NCBI GenBank assembly: GCA_002633005.1
Contig: NMRA01000834.1
Coordinates: forward strand, 71,436-128,379
Length of the DNA: 56,944 nt
Source of the DNA: Phoronis australis
Taxonomy: Eukaryota > Animalia > Phoronida
Direction: 5' to 3'
The notes under the pieces were generated by a model. The model worked only from the letters and a program-made list of their open reading frames with translations. It was not told where the DNA came from and did no database searches. Shown one piece after another: positions 25,401 through 35,989 of this stretch. Within the stretch, counting starts at the first letter, position 1. Every line of letters starts with the position of its first letter. The translations under genes and the position numbers were made by a program.

Positions 25401-26159
25401 AGTATTAATATTTATTCTTGGATACAGGTGTCCACCTCAAAATGAATTTCCCACGGTCATTCTTTATGTCGATAGCAATGTTTTCGTCAACTGAAGAAGA
25501 ACAGGAACCATAGACATCCCGCGCGCTCCGTCTACGGTTCTGACACTTCAAACTTTTGTCAACACGATAGGTAGCAGCAGAAAGTTCGATGTTGACCTCA
25601 TTCCAATCTTCTCTGCAATCCACAGTCTGGGGACGAAAACAATTCAATCCGCTCCTCGAATAGGGCTTGCTTAGCTGGAATTCAGAACTGCGGTTATGAG
25701 AGTGTTTTCACCTCCTGATTGCGAAGCGATCGAGTTAGCTGTGGTATCTTCATCAGCGCGTGCTCTCAGCGGGAGGTCACCGCTTTATCCAGTCAAGCGC
25801 TCGACAACAACTAAACTGACGATAGTCTCAGAACTCCCACATGCAAATTTGATATGCAAATGAGGGAGTACTTGACTACTGCGCCATCTATACATCGACG
25901 GAAAAGCTTAAATACCCGTGACTGCGTGTGGGAAGTTGAGATTGCGTGCGCAGAAGTCGATATTTTCAAAGTACAATTACACTACTGTTTAAGGTTGCAA
26001 AGTGAGTTTTTTGATATCCTTCTATAGAAAAAAGCTTTAATCTCTCTGATAAAATCATCTGTTTCCTTTTAAACGAAACTTAAGTCATGAAATTAGTCCG
26101 GGGAAGGAGACCAAAAACGGCGGTTTAGCTAGTTGTCCCTTCCTCGTTATCTCTTCCTG
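22466..26159. mobile_element. 3.7-kb TIR DNA transposon (CA...TG termini, 7-bp TSD; P-element-like architecture) inserted in Gypsy pol
   Basis: CAGGAAGAGATAACCAGGAAGGGACAACT vs AGTTGTCCCTTCCTCGTTATCTCTTCCTG. TSD GCACCAC/ACACCAC. Excision restores the pol frame GAGTTNEKVTAI. Confidence 0.85.
23101..23202. repeat. Two-copy tandem duplication of ~52 bp
   Basis: ATGCGCAATTCGACGAACTAATGCTAGTCGCTGGTCAGCTCCGCTATGATT repeated. Confidence 0.9.
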
Positions 26160-26166
26160 ACACCAC

Positions 26167-27212
26167 GAATGAGAAAGTCACAGCGATTGTACAGGCACCC
26201 GCTCCGCGCAACGTATCGGAGTTACGCTCGTACGTTGGTTTGCTGAATTACTACCACAAGTTCCTGGACAATGCCAGTTCTGTTTTGGCACCACTCTACG
26301 ATTTGTTACGCAACGGTGTCAAATGGCGCTGGGGCAAACGCGAAGCCGACACGTTTCAACATTCAAAACCTTTGTTGACATCCACGAATTTGCTTGTTCA
26401 TTATCAACCGGAATATCTCTTGTTGTTGAGCTGCGATGGTTCACCCTACGGTGTTGGCGTGGTATTATCACACGTCCTGGAAGACAGTTCTGAAAGGCCA
26501 ATAGCGTTTGCTTCTCAGACATTAGCACCAGCTGAGAAGAATTATGCACAGATTGATCGCGAAGCATTGGCTATCATCTTTGGGTTGAATCACTTCCACA
26601 GTTATTTGTATGGACGTAATTTCACAATAGTAAAGGACCATTTGCCTCTTTTGGGGATTTTACGAGAGGGCACCGCCATACCGGCTATGTGTAGCTCACG
26701 TATGAAACGATGGGCCCTAATGTTGTCAGGATATAACTACGTTTTACGACACAAGTCTGGACAATCTAACGGCAACGCCGACGCACTTAGTAGACTGCCG
26801 CTGGAGTGTAAACCATTTCAGGTGCCCGTGCCTGAGGAAGTGGTTTTGTCGTTAACTCAGATGGATTTTACGGCTGTCACTGTAGCTAAGATACAGCGCT
26901 GGACACAACACCGATTACGTCGGCTGTGTACCGTTGTGTCTTGCAAGGTTTTCCTGACACTGCGAACGATTTGATTGCCCAATATTTCTCCCGCCGACTT
27001 GAGCTAACGGTTCAGGACGGATGTTTGTTATGGGGAGCGCGTTTTATCATGACCTCCCCAGGTGCGTACCGCCGTATTGGACGAACTACACGGTTCACAC
27101 CCTGGCATCATCAGAATGAAGAACTCGGCACGTTCTTATATTTGGTGGCCGTCTATCGATGTGGACATCGAACAGTGTGTTCGGCAATGCCAGGCCTGCA
27201 AGGAAAACCACA
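26167..27212 (+). pseudogene. Gypsy pol continuation: RT thumb, RNase H and integrase H2C2 zinc finger (truncated)
   Basis: ELRSYVGLLNYY...CDGSPYGVGVVLSH...ERPIAFASQTL..AEKNYAQIDREALAI...DHLPL...GNADALSRLP; LDELHGSHPGIIRMK..ARSYIWWP...CQAC. Confidence 0.92.
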
Positions 27213-28047
27213 AGTAGCATTTGCCAATACACAACACATGGACAGTGAAGAACTGCATAGATTAACGTTATCACCAACCTTATTCACAAAAAATTGGTCA
27301 TTTTTACAATATTTCACTTGTGTCTAGCAAAATACCTTATCTTCATTCTCGGGGAACTTCAAACACAAAATATTTACCACGTATCAAGAAAAAGATTTAG
27401 CAGAACCACCTTTGAACCGCACAACCGCGTGGATATTTTTTACTACTTATCCAAGGTCAAAGGTTAAAGGGCTTTCAATAAAAACAGCTTATTATTTAAA
27501 ATGACTTATTCTTATTAAAATGACATAGGCAAAAAATTGAATTTCAGGGCACAAGAGCGAGGCCTCCCTATATTAATATAGGTGGCCCCGCTCTCCGGCC
27601 GCCTTTTGGCGAGGCCCCCTATAATAATAGAGACGGCCTCGCGAGGTACAGATCAGCTTCGTATACCCTCAGTCCTTTCATTCACAAAGTCGCCATAACA
27701 TTGAGCCAACGAGATGTACTTATGGTAGAATGGTGCCGGGGAAAACGAAGACAAAACGTAGTTTTGATCCCAAGGGAGTTGTGCGTCTACATGTGTCACG
27801 TTTTTCCCCGTGTGTGGGTGGGTACAGGTTGTTACAGACAGGTGCTAATAGCTTTCGGTGCGACGATTGACTGAAGACTGGTTCGAGTTAATCCTTTATT
27901 AATCCCGACCGTACGTTCACAAGCCTACTCAAACAAAGCGTCCGAAGTAATGTCTGTTTATGCTCCAGCCAGTGTTGCGAAGCCTTGACTTGTGATGAAC
28001 TTCTGAGACACGTTCAGCAACTGTTACACTCGTCGATTCAATAACCT

Positions 28048-28201
28048 GGCGTGCGTTCAGTAGACGATAGGACCTACGCTAGGACCTAGCTAAAACCTAG
28101 TCAAAGTCACGTGTTCTCATTTAAAATACACGGCAATATCTCACGTAATCTCGCGAAGTCTTGCTTTTTAGCGAGGTCCTAGCGCTACTGAACGGGAGGC
28201 C
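28048..28201. mobile_element. Small MITE inside the solo LTR
   Basis: GGCGTGCGTTCAGTAGACGATAGGACCT is inverted to AGGTCCTAGCGCTACTGAACGGGAGGCC. Confidence 0.6.
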
Positions 28202-28443
28202 GCTGTCTCTATAGCTGGCTCTCTATTGACTCTCGCTGTAACTGCTGATTCTCTTCACTGCAACTCTTTAACTGATTAACTACTTTTAGTTCTGATTAAC
28301 TCTGATTAACTTTCTTGAACTGCTGATTAACTGACTTGATCTTCTCTTGAACTGACTTGATCTTCTCTTGAACTGACTTGATCTTCTCTTGAACTGACTT
28401 GATCTGACTAACACAAACCCGTGCTTGTGTATTTATAGCATAT

Positions 28444-29413
28444 CATAGGCGGATTTAGGGGGGGGGCAGGGCCCCGCCCCCCTTGGCTGCCGCAAAAAAA
28501 ACAGCAAGAGCGTAGGGAAATGTTGAGTTTATTAATTAACCCCGGTAATTAAAGTTATATGGATGAAACAAGATTGAAATGTCTGCAGTTTTAGTGTTTT
28601 GGGGGTTGGGGCTCAGATCCAATTTCAAGTGTCAAATTCGGAACACGGGGCATTCGAAAGGGAACTAATCTATGGCTAAGTATAAGCTCTCCCGTGATAT
28701 CCCAGGCCACCGGCAGTGGCGCTGTGCACTACGACTCCGTTTCCATTGTCTGCTCCACTGTGCAATGAAGAAAATTTACTTCATTTTTAAAAGAAAATGG
28801 AACCTGAGTGACGATCAGGAAATAACAGAAACTGCTGGTAAGATGTGAATTTTAATCGAAGCCTTGGTGAATAACTCAGTAACTCATTAATTCTCTCTTT
28901 GTCAAACCTTAACTGAAGACGATTTCCAAAGCAATCCCGTCATTATTGCCAACACGAAAAACGGATTTGGTCTTTTGGGCATTTGTTAAGAACCGATTGC
29001 GCAAAATATAAAACGTGTAATAAGCATTACAAAAAGAAGTACGTTTCGCGCGCAAACGCTGTGGACCACAAACAAGTAGGTCTCTTAGCACAAGATTTGT
29101 AGTTAAATCGAGGTGGTGTAGTGGTAAAGCACGCGCGCTCTATCCGCGAGGTCGTGAGTTCGAGTCCGTTGTGCGTGCGGTTTTTCCTGTTTGACACGTT
29201 CTCCGTGTTTTTTTTTTTGCCTTTTTTTCTTGGATAATACTTCAGCAATCAAGGAAAATGCTTGATTTTTAGAGGAAAAAACAGAAAATTTTCCTAGGCG
29301 GGAGGGGGGTTTGCCCGACCTCCCCCCACGCATCTACAATCGTGGTTTGTGCAGATGCTTACAGCCGGACAAAACGTTGGGCCCCCCCTTGTGATATCCT
29401 AGATCCGCCACTG
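28444..29413. mobile_element. 970-bp GC-rich MITE with 5-bp TSD (CATAT)
   Basis: CATAT|CATAGGCGGATTTAGG...CCTAGATCCGCCACTG|CATAT. Same termini as 53630-53921. Confidence 0.85.
29108..29180 (+). pseudogene. tRNA-derived sequence (SINE head or tRNA pseudogene) with Pol III A/B boxes
   Basis: TGGTGTAGTGG (29114-24) and GTTCGAGTCC (29158-68). No proper acceptor stem or anticodon arm. Confidence 0.55.
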
Positions 29414-32400
29414 CATATTGCATTGTTCTGGACCTTTTCATCAATTCAAGCACATTCTAGAACTTTTCTGAATCAACCCAACCATTCTACAAACACATAC
29501 TAGTCTCTAGAATATTCCACACTGCATTAATCGCTGTCATGCTAGAGTCTTCTAGAAAGTTCCACACTATACTGTAGTAAACAAAGTACACCATCACTGT
29601 TCTGACCTCGGTCTTCTAGAAAGTTCCACACTATTTTGTAGTAAACGAATTACATCATCACTGTAAATAAACTCAGGGGTCATGCCAATCAAATAGAATA
29701 ACAAAACAAAACACTACATCTTAAAACATTGTCAGTCTATATTCTGACAACATGCATATGACCGTTGGCGTTGAAAACGAATGCTACAAGTCGCATCAGG
29801 CCTCTGTGGTCATGAATACAGGAAGTTGTGAAAAGAGATAAATCCTCACCCTAATTCCTTACTTCAGTTAATAAGTTAACATTTCGATGTTTCGATATTA
29901 TGCTAACGACATACTTTAACCACCGATTCGATTTTTGTAATCCATTTCTTACATGGTTTCATATCAGTCTCCTAGCAGTGTACAAGCTATCAACTTAGAA
30001 AGTAGGTCGTAGAAAACAGTATAAGTTGGCAGGGAATAGTTCGTCTATTTGAGGTTTTAATGATAATTAAAATATTCAGTTGACAATGCGAGTGAACGTT
30101 GAAATATATAACTTAGTTAAGGATTGTATAGGTCATGTGTACCGAAAACAAATTTTCACCGAAAAATTAAACGATGACTTCGAGATTTTCACTTGTTCCA
30201 GTTTAATCGCCGGCTTTTTATCGGCTTCGCCAAATCGACTTTATTTGAACTTAGTAACACTAGTTCTCAAAAACAGCCTGGTGCATTTCGCTGAAACTTT
30301 CCAAACTTAATATTTACTCACCAATCTCAAAAACACTGTTATCTTTTTGGTATAAATGCCTAGTTTTTGCGTAATGTGACAAAGACCAATATCACTTCAA
30401 TTTTTTACAATAATACCTTACGTTTTGCGAGTTGACTTGTCATAGAAACCAAACGAACAGACTAATCGAAAATTCCTGTAAGCGTTCTTGAGGTAACTGA
30501 TGAAGTTTTCACTTAAAAAAGGTTTCATTAAAATCGACCGAGGGGTTATTTTGCTATGAATGTACCTTTCTGAAAAATGAAAGTTTTACTTAAAAATGTT
30601 TTTATGTAAAAGTAATTGTGGCACATAAATACAAAAGTTATATTTATATTTGTTCTTTCAGAAAATATATACTTTTACTAGATGACAAAGCTTAGTTTTT
30701 TGATATACCAATTAGAATGGAGGCCACTAAATAAGGTTGGAGGTAACCTTAATTGACGAGTTTTTGATTTCAACATTTTATTTATTTCAAGATGATTGTT
30801 AAGTAACATGAAGTTTCATTCATGAATGAGTAGCTTTAGTTTTGCAAACAAAATGGAATTTTTTTTACTGATTCAGTTGATCAAGGTTATGGAAGTTAAG
30901 TAGTAGAGCACAGGTTTCAAAATGAAGTTGGGTTACTGACCAAAACCTGCATGTGCTTGTAGTTACCAAAACAATTATCAGATAATCGTGTTTTGACCTA
31001 ATAAGTTTCATTTATTTTAATTACTTGACACTTAGAAACATGTTTTAATGATTCTGTCTTAAAATTCTCACCTCAGAGCAATGTACATGTTTGATTGAGA
31101 GAAGTGAATTTTTATTTTGGTTACATAAACTAAAACTACCATCGCCACCAGTCATCTACCCGTAGTGTGTCTGCAGTATGATTGATAACCATACTGGTTA
31201 AAAACTGGGCGATCGTCACACAAATAAAATGGTTACATGTACAAACTGTTCCGCTCATAGGTTTAGAAAAATTCAGCTAAAAGATAATGGGATGCCTGAC
31301 ATATTTGGCTATCACTGAAAAACAGTGAAGTAGTACTCACTTTGCTTGATTAGTAGGCCCAAATGAGCGGCATTATCTACTTGGTGATAGCCATTCAAAC
31401 AGAACACGGCAGAGGTTATGAGTTTGATACCTTTGATAAACGTATGTTGCTGCTTGAGGATATTCCCATGAGTCAAAAAATTTTAAATTGCATTTCTAAT
31501 GAAACAGCTTTTGTTCATAGATTTAGGTAATATCATTTCATGAGAAAGTTACAGTGCCTTGTCACTGATATCCATGCATTCTACTCATTGTTTTTCTTCA
31601 GTGAATAGACTTCAAACAAGTATTTTTGTAGTTTCCATATTTCTGGAGTTTTCGTTAGGGTAGCAAATAACACACTTAATAAAGCTCTCACTAAAATTTC
31701 TTAAGTCGATGACTGATTAACTAAGAAAGCATTCATGTATTTCCTAATCGATGAGCTAGATACAAAACTCAAATTTAATTACTTTATTTGATACCCTCTT
31801 ACTGGATATTTCTCAACTATTTTAGTACAGAAGAAGACTTTGAAAACATTCACGATGAAATGAAAAGACTAGAATTCTTGGGAGCTAATGCCCACTCCCA
31901 CCAACTCTTTGCCAGTCATCAATTACTGTTGCTGACAGATACCTCAAATTAATGGATTATAAAAAGTCTCAGTACTATAAAAAATCGGGCTCCCGAGTTC
32001 TGCAGAGACCTTGAAAGGCTATACAATGCCGAAATTTAAAGATTTGGTGTCACATGTAGATTGTGCTCTTCAGACAGCCAATAGTTTGCTGCTATAGCTC
32101 TGTATACCTGAAATTCTTTTTTATTTTATCGCCAACATTTATTAAGCTAACTGGATATAAGACACTAATTTACCTTTCAACATATGGAATCTGCTGCAGT
32201 GTTCAGAGAAGTTCATGGTGACATGATTTCGTTCATGTACGAGGCTAAGCATACAAACGTTGTAAAAATAAAACAATCTGCAGTTAGTCAGCATTTAAGG
32301 GATTCTTCAAAATGTTCACAAAGGCTGCTACAACTCAAGGATGCCACAGGGGTCCAACAAACATCTAAGGCACTATTTTTGTTTTTGTTTTTGTTTGTTT

Positions 32401-35053
32401 AATGCTGTATGGTATTAATACTTGTGCAAGTTTCGATTTAAGGTTTTGCAATGTTCAGTTGTCTATGATTTTGATTTTACTCGTGCATGTCAGGTTGTTG
32501 AATGAATAAGTGAACTATTTTTATCTCTTGAAAAGGTTTACAACAATGCATTGAAAGAGTTAATTTTTAATAGAAAATACTTGAAATTCAAATTTTTCCG
32601 TATAATTGAATGGCTATTGAATATGCTATACATGTATGGGAAAAACTTCAATTGAATTTCAATTGAATCTCAATTGAACCTCAATTGAGTCTCAATTCCT
32701 GTCCTATCTGAAAGTCCAGTGTACTTTTTCGTGGTTACGGTGGGGGAACGCCGGCCACTAGCCTTGGTACAAAGTTGTAGAAAACTGTGCAGATAAAATC
32801 TGACATAACATTAGTGCCATTAGAAACCACACTCTTTCTTGAGTAAACTAAATTATTTATCGGAGTTAGAAAATTGGCGTTCTGTCGTTATTCTACTGGT
32901 AAAAATGTGGTGTGATTCCATCGGATTTCAACACCATGAAATATTGCGTCACCTATTAGCCTTTTTACCAATTCCTCAATCAACTGTTGTTCTTTCACGA
33001 GGTTGCGTACATGTTGCAGCAAATTATCGGAAATGGTTCCATTTCATTACAAGTTTTTAGAATTTTTGATAGCTACAAACTGAATTTCAGAACCGATTTT
33101 GCTTCTGAGAAGGTGTCATCATCTCCCGAGAGATGTCGCAAAATTTTAGGACATGGCGTGTGGGCGTCACAAGAATAACGTTTCCAAAACGATGACATAT
33201 TTTTCTTTGTTATAATAGGCAGAGAATTACGAAACAAAATGACGTTTTTCTCTTGAACGGCTAATAAGGGCAAAGTGAGCTTCGGTTGCCTCCCAGATTT
33301 TGCATGCACCCAGCCGGTCTTTAGCTCTACATATTGATACAAGTTACACATTTGTCACCCTTTGCTTATTATTTAATGTTTTAAGACTTTTTTCCTGAAA
33401 ATATTCTGTTTGACTTGCTGTAATCTTCATAAGAAACATGTTATTGTAGCAAAAAAGTTCGTGTAGCTGTAATAAAAATGTCTGAAGCAGAAGTGGTTTG
33501 TTTACTGGTAATCCATTGCAACTGACATTTTCGTGTGTTCAAGTCATCACACACTTCCAAACTTCAATCTTTGAGCATAATGTTGACATCCAATCGGGAA
33601 AAAAGGTGCTTAAAATAAGCTTTCAGTGCATGAGAACCTGATATATTCACATGTCGCTCGAGAGCTCAGAATACTTCCTTAGGTATTACAATTCCACTAT
33701 GGCGGCTGGCGGCCATCTTAGATTTATCGATGTTCTAAGCAAAATTCCCTTTGCCATACAATGTAATGCCTAAAATACTCCAAAAGAAGTCTGAATTTAT
33801 GTGTAAAGATGCCCTGAAATATTTGACATCACTATATTTCCAATGGAACATGTTCGGCATAATGTGACCTTGACCTTGACCTTTTCGCGTGACCTTGACC
33901 TCCAATCACAAAAAATAGTATCAGAATTGATTTTGTCATATCTGAAAACCTATAGTTTGATGTACCATACTCATTTTAAAAGGTATTTATTGTGACTTGC
34001 CAATTTCAACATGGCCGATGGTGGCCATCTTGGATTTGAGGGTTATGTCGGCAAAATCCAGTCTGACATACATTTTTTGGTGAGAATCAATTGCCACATC
34101 TGGATCACCCCCAAATGCCCTCGATACCATTTTCTGAGGCATTTTTGAAATTTGGAACCTGACTGATACCGACTGGACATCACGAATGAATAATACAGCT
34201 TTGATTTAAGCAAAACTACGCGTTGATTAAGCAAACGTGCGAGTTGAATAAGAGCGATGATCGTTTAAGAACTAATTCCGCGCGTTGAAGAACTTAAATT
34301 TAGCGTGTTGATTAAGCAAAACTACGCGTTGACTAAGAACATTTCAACGCGCAGAAAGGTACTCGCTCAAGAATCCTTTGGCGCTTCATATATATTTAGA
34401 GAGCACATGTCTCATTATTATGCACACAGTCAAACGAACATGCTAGAATCGAAATCAACAATGACAACAGGTAAATAAGCGTACAAATAATTTGTGAGAA
34501 TACAGCACATGATAAGAAGCTTTCAAGTCATTTGTGGTACAGAGTCAAGATGCGGTGAAGCTATCCAACAGAAAATACAGCTGTAAGTAAAGTTTTGGTA
34601 TCATGAGTAAGAACTGCCATTAAAGCACCTAACGATCGGCAATATTCATTCTCAGAGTCGTTTACTCTCATAAAATTGGTGTCACAATTTTTACAGTGAT
34701 AAGATTCTATTTTGATTACTAAAAAGAACATCAATCCCTAAAATTTCGAATTCGAAAATGGCGTATGTACTCATTGACAGTGACTTGAGAAGAAGCTCAA
34801 TTGCAGACAGTTTAAGATCGAATGAGCGTGGTAATTAAAAACCGCAACACGGTCAAGAACTCGGTAAATCGTTATTAGAACAGTTTACAAGACTAAACTT
34901 CAGGTTTAAATAAATACATTTTCTTCCACACACGTGTATAATATCTTGTCTCACTGCTAACTAGATCCAGATTTGTAGTCTGCAATTATGATCAATTTGA
35001 AACATTTCCTTGCTCTTGGCAATGTCTTAACCCCTATTATGTAATGAATTCAG

Positions 35054-35176
35054 GTCGCAATCGAGAGCGCACACTCTCAAAGAATGCTATTCAGATGATG
35101 CATTCTTACAGTTTGAAGACGAATCAAGGTGACCAAAGCATGAAGATTGACCACGAAGAAGAGGTAAAAACGGAAG
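35054..35176 (+). CDS. IRF: Putative IRF coding exon 3
   Basis: CAG acceptor with an upstream CTTAAC branch-like site. Open phase 1-1, 123 bp: GRNRERTLSKNAIQMMHSYSLKTNQGDQSMKIDHEEEVKTE. Donor AG|GTATGA. Confidence 0.6.
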
Positions 35177-35472
35177 GTATGAAACAAGTCATTAATATTC
35201 ACATATATTATGTCCACTCTTGATAGTGCCTCATGGATAAGCATTGCACACTGATGTCCAAGATACATCGAAGATGTCAGTTTTGATTAATTCCAGAAAT
35301 TACAATGTCTACAGTATTTCTCGCTGATAAAAACACTAAACTAATCTTAACGATATTAACATCTTGGTGCGTTTAAAACTCCTGGTTCATCATCCACGTT
35401 TTTGTTCTTGTTCTTGTGCTCCTTCGTGATACCGAGATTAATCTATGAGCAGCGGATGATCTTGCTTTTCAG

Positions 35473-35507
35473 AGGATATCAGTGATTGGTCGGAAAGTTC
35501 AAGCCAC
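35473..35507 (+). CDS. IRF: Putative IRF coding exon 4 (35-bp mini-exon)
   Basis: CTTGCTTTTCAG acceptor, EDISDWSESSSH, donor |GTAAGT. Phase 1-0. Confidence 0.55.
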
Positions 35508-35989
35508 GTAAGTATTTAACACTCCCACGAAATAGATTTGTAGCGTGCGAATTGTGCCTTGGCATGTATACATCTCCTTATCTAAGAAACTGCAAGGGTT
35601 CCGTACAGTAAGAAAAAATGTTGCCCAAAAACGTTTCGAGGGATTATTGTTAGATGGAATAGACTTTTTCACGTTATTAGCTTTGACCAAAGGTATAAAA
35701 CGACTAATGAGTTTTTGTGATTTTATTGCAAATCCCCAATTCTTAACTTTGGCTGAAATCGAGGCATGTGATTTTATCGGTTACGTACTATGATAATTGC
35801 CGAGTGTGCTTTAGCTTTGCTATCAAAGCGTATCATGTAGCATAGACCACAGCCTTCATTTTTTGAATTGTCAATCGTGAGTTAGTATGCATTTTAGGAA
35901 GATCTCAAAAAACACCCTTATCGCCGATTGCGTCAGTTCAAGTTGTCTTTCAACACCATTCAGCTATTTTGTGAATAAAGGAGCATTTG

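Larger units (their letters stand above)
27794..29749 (-). mobile_element. Solo LTR with perfect 5-bp TSD (ACATG), carrying heat-shock elements
   Basis: ACATG|TGTCA...TGACA|ACATG. On minus: HSE arrays (29454-29627), TATAAATA (28430-37), 21-bp tandem repeats (~28330-28405), AATAAA (~27895-900). Confidence 0.8.
17716..32711. mobile_element. Nest layer 4: element with tandem CAATTGA subterminal repeats (CACTA/EnSpm-like architecture)
   Basis: TTCAATTGAGATTCAATTGAAATTCAAT (~17740-66) is inverted at ~32648-32697. ATTGAATGGCTATTGAA repeats occur at both ends. Confidence 0.55.
15896..34165. mobile_element. Nest layer 3: long-TIR (~500 bp) foldback/Sola-like DNA element
   Basis: ~15896-16400 is the reverse complement of ~33670-34165 (e.g. 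CCCTCAAATCCAAGATGGCCGCC vs GGTGGCCATCTTGGATTTGAGGG). Exact ends and TSD unresolved. Confidence 0.8.
15648..34390. mobile_element. Nest layer 2: TIR element with 7-bp TSD TATATTT
   Basis: TATATTT|TATGAAGCGCCGAATGGTTCTT... and ...AAGAATCCTTTGGCGCTTCATA|TATATTT. About 50 bp of imperfect TIR plus subterminal repeats. Confidence 0.8.
15545..34580. mobile_element. Outermost nest layer: pogo/Tc1-like MITE (~0.3 kb of own sequence)
   Basis: CTGTATTTTCTGTTGGATAGCTGCAC (15545-70) is inverted to GTGAAGCTATCCAACAGAAAATACAG (34555-80). Confidence 0.7.

Noticed and set aside
22466-26159. ProtoRAG/Transib element
   Set aside because: Termini lack the CAC heptamer-like start, the TSD is 7 bp rather than 5 bp, and no RAG1-core motifs are visible.
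26240-26974. Longest ORF (244 aa) as a host gene or active element
   Set aside because: It is a Gypsy RNase H fragment from an element with deletions, frameshifts, two insertions and no 3' LTR.
29108-29180. Functional tRNA gene
   Set aside because: No acceptor-stem pairing or proper anticodon arm, and it is embedded in a MITE.
34402-34470. Candidate IRF exon ending CAG|GTAAAT
   Set aside because: It lies inside the outer MITE, and the good acceptors give an in-frame TAG in phase 1.
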